Source of the DNA: Candidatus Bathyarchaeum sp.
GTDB lineage: Archaea > Thermoproteota > Bathyarchaeia > Bathyarchaeales > Bathyarchaeaceae
Length of the DNA stretch: 64,000 nucleotides
Reading direction: 5' to 3'
NCBI GenBank assembly: GCA_020344315.1
Contig: CP070820.1
Location: 319,116-383,115 of the forward strand
In this document: positions 8,671 to 17,317 of the stretch, piece after piece
Layout of the letters: the number at the start of each line of letters is the position of its first letter
Position numbering within the stretch: position 1 is the stretch's first letter
Position numbers and translations under genes: made by a program
Notes under the pieces: generated by a model
Database searches by the model: none
Told to the model about the DNA's origin: nothing
The model's input: the letters and a program-made list of their open reading frames with translations, nothing else

Positions 8671-9554
8671 GACCACGCCTCAATCTTGATTTTTCCTTTT
8701 ACTCCCAGAGTCTCTAAGGCCTTTTCCACTTCTCCGATTGCAACGTTTAATTCATTGGCACATTGAGTGATGTCAATCTGTCCTTCACGTTTTTTCGCGT
8801 ACTGCAAGACTGTTTCCTCTAAAGCTGAATCTTTAACCGTCCAGGAAATTTGTTTCATTTCCGTGTCTTTATAGGACATATAATTTTTGGGTTCACTTGA
8901 CTCAGAAACTTCTGAGCAGGAAGCTGTGAGGGCAACCATCTGTCTCCTTTTTTCTACCCGTTGAGGTTTTTCCATGATCGGAGTGGAAGTTGGAGGTTCG
9001 GGAAGTTTTTCCGTTATCTGCTCCTCCAGCAAATCGGCGACTTCTTTAAGAACTTCTTTGCCGCCTGGAGTTTTCACGTCTGTCGGCATTTCAAGTTTTG
9101 AGGCATCGATTTTGGACATGGTTATGACCTCGAATATGCACTCATTCACCCTTTCCATTTCATAGGCCATCTGGGGCATGAAAGAACTGAGGCTTTTCGT
9201 CACCGTTTTAAGGTTTCTAAGAACTGGTTTCAGATCCGCAAATGCTGCGTTAAATTCTTTGAGTGTTTCTAGCCGTAAGATGATGCGTTCTACAAGAATC
9301 TGGGTATGGTAGAGGACTTTGGTGAGTTTTCTGATTTCTGCAAGTTCGTTAGCAAAAATTGCTGCACGTTCAGTGTTTTTTGCCTTTAGGGCTGTTGCAC
9401 AAGTTTTGAAGAGAATTTGATCTCTTCGGGTAAGTTTGACAATGACCTGGCCTAATTTGAACTTTTGAGATTTAAGTTTCGGCACAGCTTCGACAATTAT
9501 TTGCTCGAAGTTAGGAGAAGCACGGAAAGGGTTTTTGATAGCGCGATCCCTCAC
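8667..9554 (-). CDS. cdvB: ESCRT-III (Snf7) protein CdvB with C-terminal winged-helix-like domain
   Basis: Helical Snf7-like core (ANELAEIRK...L.RLET), a Pro-rich LPEPPTSTP segment (MIM2-like), and a C-terminal about 60 aa (VLQYAKKREGQIDITQCANELNV..GEVEKALETLGVKGKIKIE) resembling a winged helix. Confidence 0.85.
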   Translation of the reverse strand: MRDRAIKNPFRASPNFEQIIVEAVPKLKSQKFKLGQVIVKLTRRDQILFKTCATALKAKNTERAAIFANELAEIRKLTKVLYHTQILVERIILRLETLKEFNAAFADLKPVLRNLKTVTKSLSSFMPQMAYEMERVNECIFEVITMSKIDASKLEMPTDVKTPGGKEVLKEVADLLEEQITEKLPEPPTSTPIMEKPQRVEKRRQMVALTASCSEVSESSEPKNYMSYKDTEMKQISWTVKDSALEETVLQYAKKREGQIDITQCANELNVAIGEVEKALETLGVKGKIKIEAWS

Positions 9555-9566
9555 AGACCTCAGAGA

Positions 9567-10313
9567 TTATGAATGTTGTTTGTTGGGGTTCCTCACATGA
9601 ACGATAACTGGTGGTTCTGGAAGGTTCGGAGAGACAGGAGCAGGTGCTTTCTGAATCTCCGTTTGTTCTGGACTTTTAGTTAGGGGCGTTTCAGGCGCTT
9701 TTGGTTTTTCTTCTCCGAGTAGAAGGTTCGATAGCTTGCCCTTCAAAGCTTCTAGGTCGCTTTTTTCAGCGTTGACTCCCTTTAGTCCCCACTGAATTAT
9801 TCCCAAAGCCTTCTCGTATGAATCATTGGTTAATCTGCCGATTTCGCGTTCAATCTCTAGGTTTATCAAAGCCGAGTGAAGCTCATGAATCTGTTTATTG
9901 CAGTTGTCAATCTGGCTGTCGATATCATCCACTAGTCCTTTGGCATTATCCTTTAACTGGGTTAATGCTCCCTCAAAAGTCCTGTGTAGATCGTCATACA
10001 TTTCCGGCGGGATCTTCTTCTTTTCTACAAGCTCATTTAAAGCCCTGTCTTTTCGCCAGATCAAAGGAATCTCGTTACAGAGAGCCTTGGCCTTCAATTT
10101 GAGCGGCGGAGAGATCACTAGGTTTCCGTTGTCGATTTTGATTTGATCACTGGTGTAGCTGAGGAATTCTCCGTCGCCGTGTTCAACGAAGATTCCGTCT
10201 ATGCGACCTGCGGGGGTTACCTTGAATGAGGCAACTCGACCGATTTGCCTTCCGTATTCATCCCTGATTTGTTTGCCAACAAAAAGAAAGGGGTTGGAAA
10301 TGGATTTTGACAC
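9567..10313 (-). CDS. cdvA: CdvA (PRC-barrel plus coiled coil plus Pro-rich tail)
   Basis: N-terminal PRC-barrel-like GKQIRDEYGRQIGRVASF..T..GRIDGIFVEHGDGEF, a long helical region, and a C-terminal PNLPEPPVIVHV tail. GTG start is preceded by AAGGAGGTGA. Confidence 0.8.
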   Translation of the reverse strand: MSKSISNPFLFVGKQIRDEYGRQIGRVASFKVTPAGRIDGIFVEHGDGEFLSYTSDQIKIDNGNLVISPPLKLKAKALCNEIPLIWRKDRALNELVEKKKIPPEMYDDLHRTFEGALTQLKDNAKGLVDDIDSQIDNCNKQIHELHSALINLEIEREIGRLTNDSYEKALGIIQWGLKGVNAEKSDLEALKGKLSNLLLGEEKPKAPETPLTKSPEQTEIQKAPAPVSPNLPEPPVIVHVRNPNKQHS

Positions 10314-10362
10314 AGTTTCACCTCCTTAATATGCGTGAACAGCTATAGTTTTTGTTGGAGAG

Positions 10363-11016
10363 CTAAGTTTCGCTTTGAACTGCCTCACCAAATGAAGGGA
10401 TGCCACTGGGCAAATCTGGGAACTTCTCTTTGACTTTCTGTTCTGCAACGGTGGCTGCTTCGTTCAGGATCTTCTGAGCGTCGTCGCCTGCTGTCTGGAA
10501 GTCGATGCTCATGCCAGAGTTGTAGCCGGCGTCCATGATGATTCCGCTGAGTAAGTTGCCGATGCTTCCAATTTCTCTTTCTGCCTCGGGAAAGACTGAA
10601 GACATTCCACTTTTAACACTACGCAAAACGCTGATTGCTGGAGCCAAAGTGCTGACTACGTCGCCGAGTTCTGAAACTGTGCTTAATCTGAGAACTATCT
10701 GTTCTAGGGCTAGCCTAGAGTGCATAATCATCTTTTCCATTTTTCGGATTTCAGCTAATTCGTTAGCGAAGACGTTGGCTCGTGCCATATCGTGCTTGGT
10801 GTAGGCGTCAACGATTTTTGCGAATATCGATTTGTCGCGATCTGAGAAGCGATCTGATGCCTTGTCCAGTCTCTGAATCTGCATTTGCATTCGTTTAACA
10901 GCAAAATCTAGGCGTGGTTTCAATGGACCTGGAGGGCGAACAGCCTCCTTAATTCTTGTGCTCATGGGTGTGTCGTCGATTCCTTCTCCCCATTTTTTAG
11001 CAAATTTTTCTGACAT
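10363..11016 (-). CDS. ESCRT-III (Snf7) paralog, CdvB1/B2-like, no winged helix
   Basis: Same core as cdvB (FANELAEIRKMEK...LEQIVLRLSTV). C-terminal FPDLPSGIP. ATG 11016 is preferred; the ORF track extension to 11172 adds 52 implausible residues. Confidence 0.8.
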   Translation of the reverse strand: MSEKFAKKWGEGIDDTPMSTRIKEAVRPPGPLKPRLDFAVKRMQMQIQRLDKASDRFSDRDKSIFAKIVDAYTKHDMARANVFANELAEIRKMEKMIMHSRLALEQIVLRLSTVSELGDVVSTLAPAISVLRSVKSGMSSVFPEAEREIGSIGNLLSGIIMDAGYNSGMSIDFQTAGDDAQKILNEAATVAEQKVKEKFPDLPSGIPSFGEAVQSET

Positions 11017-11244
11017 TTTAAATTCCTCACGCAAGGAGGTGTGTTTATAGTGTATTATTACATTGTTAACATGTAGAGAACATTTACATATATACCAGAC
11101 ATAATATACCCATTCCGCCGCCGATTTGAGCTTTAAATCTAAGATTGAAAGAGATATGGGGCGCAGTTGCAAAAATAAACAGTTTCATGTAAGTTAGACT
11201 CAAAAGGGCGAAGTTTTAACTGTTAAAAGCATGGTGAAGAGAAT

Positions 11245-11460
11245 ATGGGTGACAGAATTAAAACACTGGGAATATTTGCGCTGTTAGGTTTCATAGGCGG
11301 AGTAATAGCGAACGTCGGTTTCCACACTGTGTGGCCTTGGTTGGCAGCTAACCTTCCCTTTATCCTCTCAGCAGAATGGGTTATCTCAGGAATCGCAGGC
11401 GCTCTGATAACTACATGCTTTGTAGTGATCTGGGTATACCTAAGCAGACCCCAAGAGTAA
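11245..11460 (+). CDS. Small 2-TM membrane protein, unknown function
   Basis: 71 aa with two clear hydrophobic helices. The antisense 124-aa ORF (11223-11597) looks spurious. Confidence 0.4.
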   Translation: MGDRIKTLGIFALLGFIGGVIANVGFHTVWPWLAANLPFILSAEWVISGIAGALITTCFVVIWVYLSRPQE

Positions 11461-11593
11461 CAGAAAGAACTCCCAACCCAATTTATTTGAGACCCCCGCA
11501 TCTTTCTATAGCGGAAAGCAACTTTTGATATTCCGGTAAAAGGGGATACTGAAGAACTGAGAGCTTCAAGTGATGCCATTAGAGAGTGGATTC

Positions 11594-12049
11594 TCATCTA
11601 GGATTGTGTAGTTTTCGTCTATAGATGACTATAGCAACTGCAAGCACAGTAAGTACGAGCAGCAGTGGTGTCCATGATGGAAATTCAGGGATGAAATCGG
11701 CTGGAGTGTATCGTTCATTTGCTACAATAGCGTTAGCGCCTGGGCCCCCAATCGCATATATCAAATCATCTACGACTGCAACACCTAACCCATAGCGGTT
11801 TGTTGGCATTAGAGCACCCATAGTCCAAGTGTCTGTTTCTGGATCATAGATTTGATTCAGGTTGAAAGTTGGATAACCACCTAATACGTAGATTCTCGTT
11901 GGAGCTAAGACCCCGCTAGTTACGCCTGCAGCCGCGTTCCCTCCGGGATAAGGCATAGAGGTTCCATTACTCCATGAGTTAGTTTGTGGATTATAAATTT
12001 GAGTTAAAGATTCAGAGAATATGTAGATTTTGTTAAAAGCAGTCTTCAC
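11594..12049 (-). CDS. Kelch-repeat fragment with PEF-CTERM sorting signal (probable N-terminally truncated remnant)
   Basis: About two Kelch blades (IYVLGGY, YDPETDTWT, DDLIYAIGG). C-terminus is IPEFPSW plus a hydrophobic helix plus YRRK. No signal peptide, and no further Kelch coding upstream in any frame. Confidence 0.6.
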   Translation of the reverse strand: MKTAFNKIYIFSESLTQIYNPQTNSWSNGTSMPYPGGNAAAGVTSGVLAPTRIYVLGGYPTFNLNQIYDPETDTWTMGALMPTNRYGLGVAVVDDLIYAIGGPGANAIVANERYTPADFIPEFPSWTPLLLVLTVLAVAIVIYRRKLHNPR

Positions 12050-12203
12050 GCTCTAGAAATTGAAGAATGGAAAGCCATACTGAAGGCAATCATCGAAAAA
12101 AAGAGGTCAGACAAAGAGAGTGTGGATTAAACAAAACCAAAAAAGCATCTACATTTAAGTCCAAATAAGAATATGTAGTGTAAAAAAGTTTGGGGTTTTA
12201 ATC

Positions 12204-13556
12204 GTGGTTCAACTGACGTTTTATGGGGGAGTTAACGAGATTGGTGGAAACAAGATTTTATTAGAAGACAAAGACACGCGTATTTTTTTGGATTTCGGTA
12301 AATCTTTCACTTGTGGTTGCGATTATTTTACAGGTTGGCTCTCACCTAGAAGAATTAATGGTTTAGGAGATTACTTTCATTGTGGATTGTTACCGAAAAT
12401 TAGTGGGATCTATGCTGAAGACCAACTGAAGTTCACAGATCTTCCTTACACTGAACCATCAATTGATGCAATCTTTTTGTCTCATGCTCACTTCGACCAC
12501 ATAGCACATATTGAATTTGTAGATCCAAAAATTCCTGTCTATCTTGGAGAAGGCACCAAGCTTTTTGTGAAATCCCAAGAGGAGACAAGCACTTTTTCAG
12601 ATTATGGGGAGCATCCTTACAAGACATTTCGGACAGGAGATAAAATCCAAATTGGCAATATTGTTGTTGAGCCTATTCATGTTGATCATTCGATTCCTGC
12701 TGCTTATGGCTTTTTGATTCACACTTCTGAAGGCACTTTGGTGTATACTGGAGATCTTCGGCTTCATGGGCCTAGAAAAGATATGACTGAAGAGTTTATT
12801 GATAGAGCATGTGACTCTGATCCTATAGCTATGATTTGTGAAGGCACTAGAATGGTCGAAGTGGAAAGAAGGAAGAACTATTCGGAACAACAAGTTAAGC
12901 AACATAGTGACGAAGTTGTATCTTCAACAGATAAGATGGTTTTCTTTACTCATTACAGTAGAGATATGGATCGTTTTAGAAGCCTTTACTCTGTGGCAAA
13001 GGACAATAGTAGAAGAATTGTGGTCTCCACAAAGACTGCTTATTTGCTAAGTAAGCTTGTTGATGACAAACGACTTGATCTACCTGATCCAGTTAAGGAT
13101 GATGATATTCTTGTGTATTTTAAACGGAAGAAATCTGGAGATTTCGAAGAGAAGGATTACTACCTTTGGGAACGTCCTTTCATAGATAAGATAGTTACTT
13201 TTGAGGACATCCACAAGAAACAAAGTGAATATGTTATGGATTTGGGTTTCTACCAGTTCGCTGAACTCGTCGATATAAAACCGGACTCTGGAAGCCATTT
13301 CATTCATAGTATGAGTGAGCCTTTTAGTGATGAGGATATTGAGGATGAAGTAATGCATAATTGGCTGAAGCTCTTTAACTTGCAGTTTCATCAATTACAT
13401 GCTTCAGGACACATGAATAGACAACAATTAGGAAAACTGATCAGGAAAGTAAACCCGAAAAAACTTTTTCCAATACACACAGAAAACCCTCAATTGTTCA
13501 AGAGTTTGGGTTATGATGTTCAGATAGTTGAGTGTGAACATAATTATAATATTTGA
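12204..13556 (+). CDS. rnj: Archaeal RNase J (beta-CASP metallo-beta-lactamase ribonuclease)
   Basis: 450 aa. N-terminus FYGGVNEIGGNKILLED, HxHxDH motif SHAHFDHI, C-terminal HASGH. Length and layout match archaeal RNase J. Confidence 0.8.
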   Translation: MVQLTFYGGVNEIGGNKILLEDKDTRIFLDFGKSFTCGCDYFTGWLSPRRINGLGDYFHCGLLPKISGIYAEDQLKFTDLPYTEPSIDAIFLSHAHFDHIAHIEFVDPKIPVYLGEGTKLFVKSQEETSTFSDYGEHPYKTFRTGDKIQIGNIVVEPIHVDHSIPAAYGFLIHTSEGTLVYTGDLRLHGPRKDMTEEFIDRACDSDPIAMICEGTRMVEVERRKNYSEQQVKQHSDEVVSSTDKMVFFTHYSRDMDRFRSLYSVAKDNSRRIVVSTKTAYLLSKLVDDKRLDLPDPVKDDDILVYFKRKKSGDFEEKDYYLWERPFIDKIVTFEDIHKKQSEYVMDLGFYQFAELVDIKPDSGSHFIHSMSEPFSDEDIEDEVMHNWLKLFNLQFHQLHASGHMNRQQLGKLIRKVNPKKLFPIHTENPQLFKSLGYDVQIVECEHNYNI

Positions 13557-13828
13557 CAATTGTACGCTCGTGGTCAATACGATTCTCGGGATAGACTCGA
13601 TTAAACAGCTGCATCTAGCGCTTCGGAATAAGATCCGCGCGCGGACTTAGGTTACCCCCATCATCCAGACACACTTAGCTGAACCCCTAGCTTTTTTAGG
13701 TGTTAGCCTTTTTTGTTGAACAATGTAGAAAATATAAAACACCTAAAACTGCTTTGCGCGCATCTAAAATTATAATTAGGAAAATATTCAATAGCAAACA
13801 TGAGAAACCCACTCTAGGGTGATTTAAA

Positions 13829-14998
13829 ATGACCAAAAGCATTCATATTTCAGGTTTTGTCAAACCTGAATTTGAGGCTGTGCGGGAAACATTTGAAGAG
13901 AATTTTGAGTGCCGTGATGAACTTGGCGCCGCTTGTTGCATCTATCACCGGGGAGAAAAAGTTGTCGATTTGTGGGGTGGTGTAAGGAACGAGTCCACTG
14001 GAGAACCTTGGGAAGAAAATACAATGGTTATCATGTACTCGACAACAAAGGGACTGGCTGGTCTGGCCATGGCGCTTGCTAATTCGCAGGGTTTGTTTGA
14101 CTATGACGAGCGTGTCTCAACGTACTGGCCTGAGTTTGCCCAACAGGGAAAAGACAAAATCACCATTCGGGAACTGCTGGCACATCAAGCAGGGCTATAT
14201 GCATTCGATGAAATGGATGATAAGAACCTAATAGCAGACCTTGATCGTCTAGCCGTAGTTTTAGCTAAGCAAAAACCGGCATATGAACCGGGAAGCAAGC
14301 AAGATTATCATGCCCTAACACTTGGATTTTACGAAAATGAAATTATCCGTCGGACTGACCCCCAAGGCCGTAGCATAGGACAATACTTTCAAGAAGAAAT
14401 TGCCTCTCCGCTTGGCCTTGATTTTTACATTCGTCTTCCTGAAGAAATTCCCAACAGCAGGTTGGCTACCACACGACAACCCAAATTTAACGTGCGTTCG
14501 ATGTTCACTCTGCCCTTTACTATCTTTCTCGCTGCAATCAACCCTCGTTCAGCGTTCCGCAAATCATTAGTAGGATCACTGTTTCCACTAGACAAAGAAC
14601 GCATCTACGCTAGAAACTTCGAAGTTCCGTCGGGAGGCGGTGTAGGAACAGCTCGAGCCATTGCCCACGCATACAGCGTCTTTGCAACAGGCGGAAAAGA
14701 GCTTGGACTAAAAGAAAAGACACTCAAGCAGCTCATGGCACCAGCTGTTCCACCATTGAAGGGATTTCCTAAGCATAGTCCGCAATTCTCACTCGGCTTC
14801 TTCAAGCCCAGTCCAGAGAACCCCTTTGGTCATCCGAGTTCCTTTGGTGCTCCAGGAACTGGAGGATCATTCGGATTTGCTGATCCGAAAGCAAAAATTG
14901 GATACGGGTACGTTCTTAATGGTATGGGCACTTACATAACGGATCCAAGAGACATAGCGTTACGTAAGGCAATGTATCGCTCGATTGGTGCTGATTGA
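13829..14998 (+). CDS. Serine hydrolase, beta-lactamase (class C / esterase EstB-like) family
   Basis: 389 aa with SxxK motif YSTTKG near residue 70. The overall pattern is typical of beta-lactamase-related esterases. Confidence 0.8.
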   Translation: MTKSIHISGFVKPEFEAVRETFEENFECRDELGAACCIYHRGEKVVDLWGGVRNESTGEPWEENTMVIMYSTTKGLAGLAMALANSQGLFDYDERVSTYWPEFAQQGKDKITIRELLAHQAGLYAFDEMDDKNLIADLDRLAVVLAKQKPAYEPGSKQDYHALTLGFYENEIIRRTDPQGRSIGQYFQEEIASPLGLDFYIRLPEEIPNSRLATTRQPKFNVRSMFTLPFTIFLAAINPRSAFRKSLVGSLFPLDKERIYARNFEVPSGGGVGTARAIAHAYSVFATGGKELGLKEKTLKQLMAPAVPPLKGFPKHSPQFSLGFFKPSPENPFGHPSSFGAPGTGGSFGFADPKAKIGYGYVLNGMGTYITDPRDIALRKAMYRSIGAD

Positions 14999-15120
14999 TT
15001 GACTTCCTCATAGACTTGTGCTCCAGCTTGTACTCTAGCTTTCAGGATAGCATTCCTAATTTTTTGTCTAAATATTCTGATTAAAACGAGTATTTGAACG
15101 GTGATCTGTCTAGGGTACAT

Positions 15121-15170
15121 TGGTAGCCCGGGGGAGATTCGAACTCCCGTCGGCGGGTCCAAAGCCCGCC
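15121..15170 (-). tRNA. 3' portion (about positions 26-76) of tRNA-Gln(UUG) with encoded CCA; no 5' half adjacent
   Basis: The minus strand reads GGCGGGCTTTGGACCCGCCGACGGGAGTTCGAATCTCCCCCGGGCTACCA. Anticodon stem GCGGG/CCCGC, loop CTTTGGA (anticodon TTG), T arm GGGAG-TTCGAAT-CTCCC, acceptor 3' strand CCGGGCT-A-CCA. No AGCCCGG acceptor 5' strand or D arm was found within about 300 nt upstream. Confidence 0.7.
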
Positions 15171-15446
15171 AACATATCAACTAATAGAGGTATGCACCTG
15201 GAAATTTGGGTGAGAATTCAGCACCATATTAGCAAATTCATGTGACAATGTTTAAAAGCTAGTTTAACATTTATTCTATTGGTATATCTAACTGAAAAAG
15301 ATTAAACTTAAATTGCAGTTATCAGCTTTTTTGTGTTTTTTCACTCCCAGCAGCTAAGTCAGGTCATAAAGTCTTCATCCACTTGTGCGCTCTAATGAGA
15401 CGCCATCAGGTTCTGACTTTTGCGGCAGAATCAGAATTTCCCATAA

Positions 15447-16196
15447 TTAAGACTTTTTGGACTCGAGGAGTTTTCTTCTGCTGTCCTCTCCGGGCTTCAG
15501 AACGTCTTCCACCATTTTGATCTGTCTCTCGTAGAGGTGGCAGTTCTTGCTATGGAAAATGAGTTTGCCCGTTTTGATGCCTAGTTTTCCTCTTCTGTTG
15601 ATCTCTGAAACGAGGGCTTCGTTGAATAGTTGGATTCCAGCTATGTTGGCGGGCAGTCCCGCGTAGGCGTCCCATGACCTGAAGTAACATGTTAAGGTCA
15701 GCTGTTTATCCAATATCTCTGTGTCAATTAGACTCAAACAGGGAGGCTCATGCTTTCTTGCATCTAAACGCTTCTGGATGTCTTCGGGCAGTCGAATCAC
15801 AAAGGTCACTTGTCTATCTCTTTTCTCCTCAACATATCTCTTAACGGCTTCTTCCACCTGATCCACAGGTTTTCTCATCCTGCTTCCGTACGTGTATGTC
15901 TCGTCCTCTATTGCTCCAGACCATAGGTACTTCAGGGCATACCACTGAACATACTTCATGTCGCAGGGGGCCATAAAATCAACTAGGGGACGATTCTCAG
16001 GATGAGCTATCTCGATGCTCAAGTTCAATTTTTTCGTCCTAGAAACTTCAGAGCCATATCCAACCTCGAAGTTGTCTCCTTTGTGCCATATTTCATGCAA
16101 AACCTTGTACCAAGCATCTGGACAATCAAAGGCTTTAATCACAGTATATCTCAACAGGAAATCCCTCAGTCTGCCCCAATAATTACCACACAACAA
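15447..16196 (-). CDS. Thymidylate synthase, archaeal (methanogen-type ThyA-like)
   Basis: 249 aa. Catalytic-Cys region PPCLSLID, then YFRSWDAY.GLP.N, consistent with the divergent archaeal ThyA family. The true start may be GTG 16162. Confidence 0.65.
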   Translation of the reverse strand: MLCGNYWGRLRDFLLRYTVIKAFDCPDAWYKVLHEIWHKGDNFEVGYGSEVSRTKKLNLSIEIAHPENRPLVDFMAPCDMKYVQWYALKYLWSGAIEDETYTYGSRMRKPVDQVEEAVKRYVEEKRDRQVTFVIRLPEDIQKRLDARKHEPPCLSLIDTEILDKQLTLTCYFRSWDAYAGLPANIAGIQLFNEALVSEINRRGKLGIKTGKLIFHSKNCHLYERQIKMVEDVLKPGEDSRRKLLESKKS

Positions 16197-16248
16197 AGCT
16201 ATGATTGACTGGTTTCTAAATATTGGTTTTTTGGTTGTAGGAGAACTG

Positions 16249-16716
16249 TCAATTTAATGATTCACCGATTAAGCGTCGCCGGTAATTCTCGTAGTCCGGG
16301 AGGATTCGATCATATTCTTGATCCATTAGAGTCGACGAGACCATGAAATCAGCAGTGGAACGGTTACAAGCAACAGGGATGTTCCACACTACAGCCATAC
16401 GTAAGAGAGCCTTCACATCTGGATCATGCGGAAGAGACTCGAGCGGGTCCCAGAAGAAAATCAGAAAATCAATTTCACCGTTTGCAATCTTGGCTCCAAT
16501 CTGCATATCCCCACCCAAAGGACCACTCTTAAGCCTAGTTACCTCCAAGCCTGCCTTTTCGATAACCTTTCCTGTAGTTCCAGTTGCATAAAGCTCATGC
16601 AGACTCAGAAGATACTTATTGAACTTCACCCACTCCAGCAAGTCCTCCTTCTTGTTGTCATGAGCCACTAAGGCAATCTTCTTTCTTTTTCCCATCAAAA
16701 CCTTCTCACTACCCAA
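16249..16716 (-). CDS. mgsA: Methylglyoxal synthase
   Basis: [47 protein letters not shown]...PHDPDV.ALLR...V.NIP.A.N. This is a nearly diagnostic MGS pattern. Confidence 0.85.
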   Translation of the reverse strand: MGSEKVLMGKRKKIALVAHDNKKEDLLEWVKFNKYLLSLHELYATGTTGKVIEKAGLEVTRLKSGPLGGDMQIGAKIANGEIDFLIFFWDPLESLPHDPDVKALLRMAVVWNIPVACNRSTADFMVSSTLMDQEYDRILPDYENYRRRLIGESLN

Positions 16717-16768
16717 TTTTCGTTCCTCTCACAATCACCCTTCTTTATCAAAGTGACAAAGAAAAGAT

Positions 16769-17308
16769 TTACTGATCTCGACCAGCGCTATCCTTTCTGA
16801 GAATTCTTTTCCACAAGATTAAGGAAAGGTACCCGCCAACTATACCACTTATTATGCCCGCGATAAGAATGACATTCCCCAGAGCAGGGTCTAACTCCAT
16901 TATTTTAAACGTAATCGTGATGTAGTAGCCAGAATAACCCGTGATCATCGTGCTGAGGGCCACAGCCAAAATAAGTCTCTTCTGTCTAACATTGCCATTT
17001 CTATCTCTAGCTCCAAAAACCAAACAAAAAACATCAATTAAACCGCCAAAAAGCAATGCAAAACCAAGGGTAAAGGGAGCTAGAGGCGCCCTCCAAACGG
17101 CAGTTAGGGAACCCCCGATCAATGAGATGAAAGTCGCTCCTGGCACTCCAATCAGCAGATAGCCCAAGGACAGGAGCATGGCTTGGAAAAAGGTGAAGGC
17201 TTTGTCCATGGGCGTGGGCAAGAGTGTTTCGAAGATGAAAATCATCACTCCGAATATGATGGCTAACGCCAAATTTCTAGTTGAGAGGTAAGGCATGACG
17301 ACTACCAA
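16769..17308 (-). CDS. Polytopic membrane protein (about 5 TM, ECF S-component-like), unknown substrate
   Basis: 179 aa, hydrophobic throughout. It starts 9 nt downstream of the radical SAM gene on the same strand. Confidence 0.5.
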   Translation of the reverse strand: MVVVMPYLSTRNLALAIIFGVMIFIFETLLPTPMDKAFTFFQAMLLSLGYLLIGVPGATFISLIGGSLTAVWRAPLAPFTLGFALLFGGLIDVFCLVFGARDRNGNVRQKRLILAVALSTMITGYSGYYITITFKIMELDPALGNVILIAGIISGIVGGYLSLILWKRILRKDSAGRDQ

Positions 17309-17317
17309 GTGACATTA

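Noticed and set aside
10363-11172. Long form (269 aa) of the ESCRT-III paralog
   Set aside because: The first 52 residues (…YYVWYICKCSLHVNNVIIHYKH…) are read-through of AT-rich promoter DNA. Homology to Snf7 proteins begins right after the ATG at 11016.
11223-11597. 124-aa minus-strand ORF overlapping the small membrane protein gene
   Set aside because: It has no motifs and its composition is that of an antisense read of a hydrophobic gene. The plus-strand 71-aa 2-TM ORF is more plausible, though itself only moderately supported.
13557-16196. Integrated virus or plasmid at the tRNA-Gln fragment
   Set aside because: There is no integrase, no second copy of the 50-nt tRNA segment in the window, and the neighbouring genes (serine hydrolase, thymidylate synthase) are ordinary. 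An old integration scar remains possible, but an element cannot be delimited.
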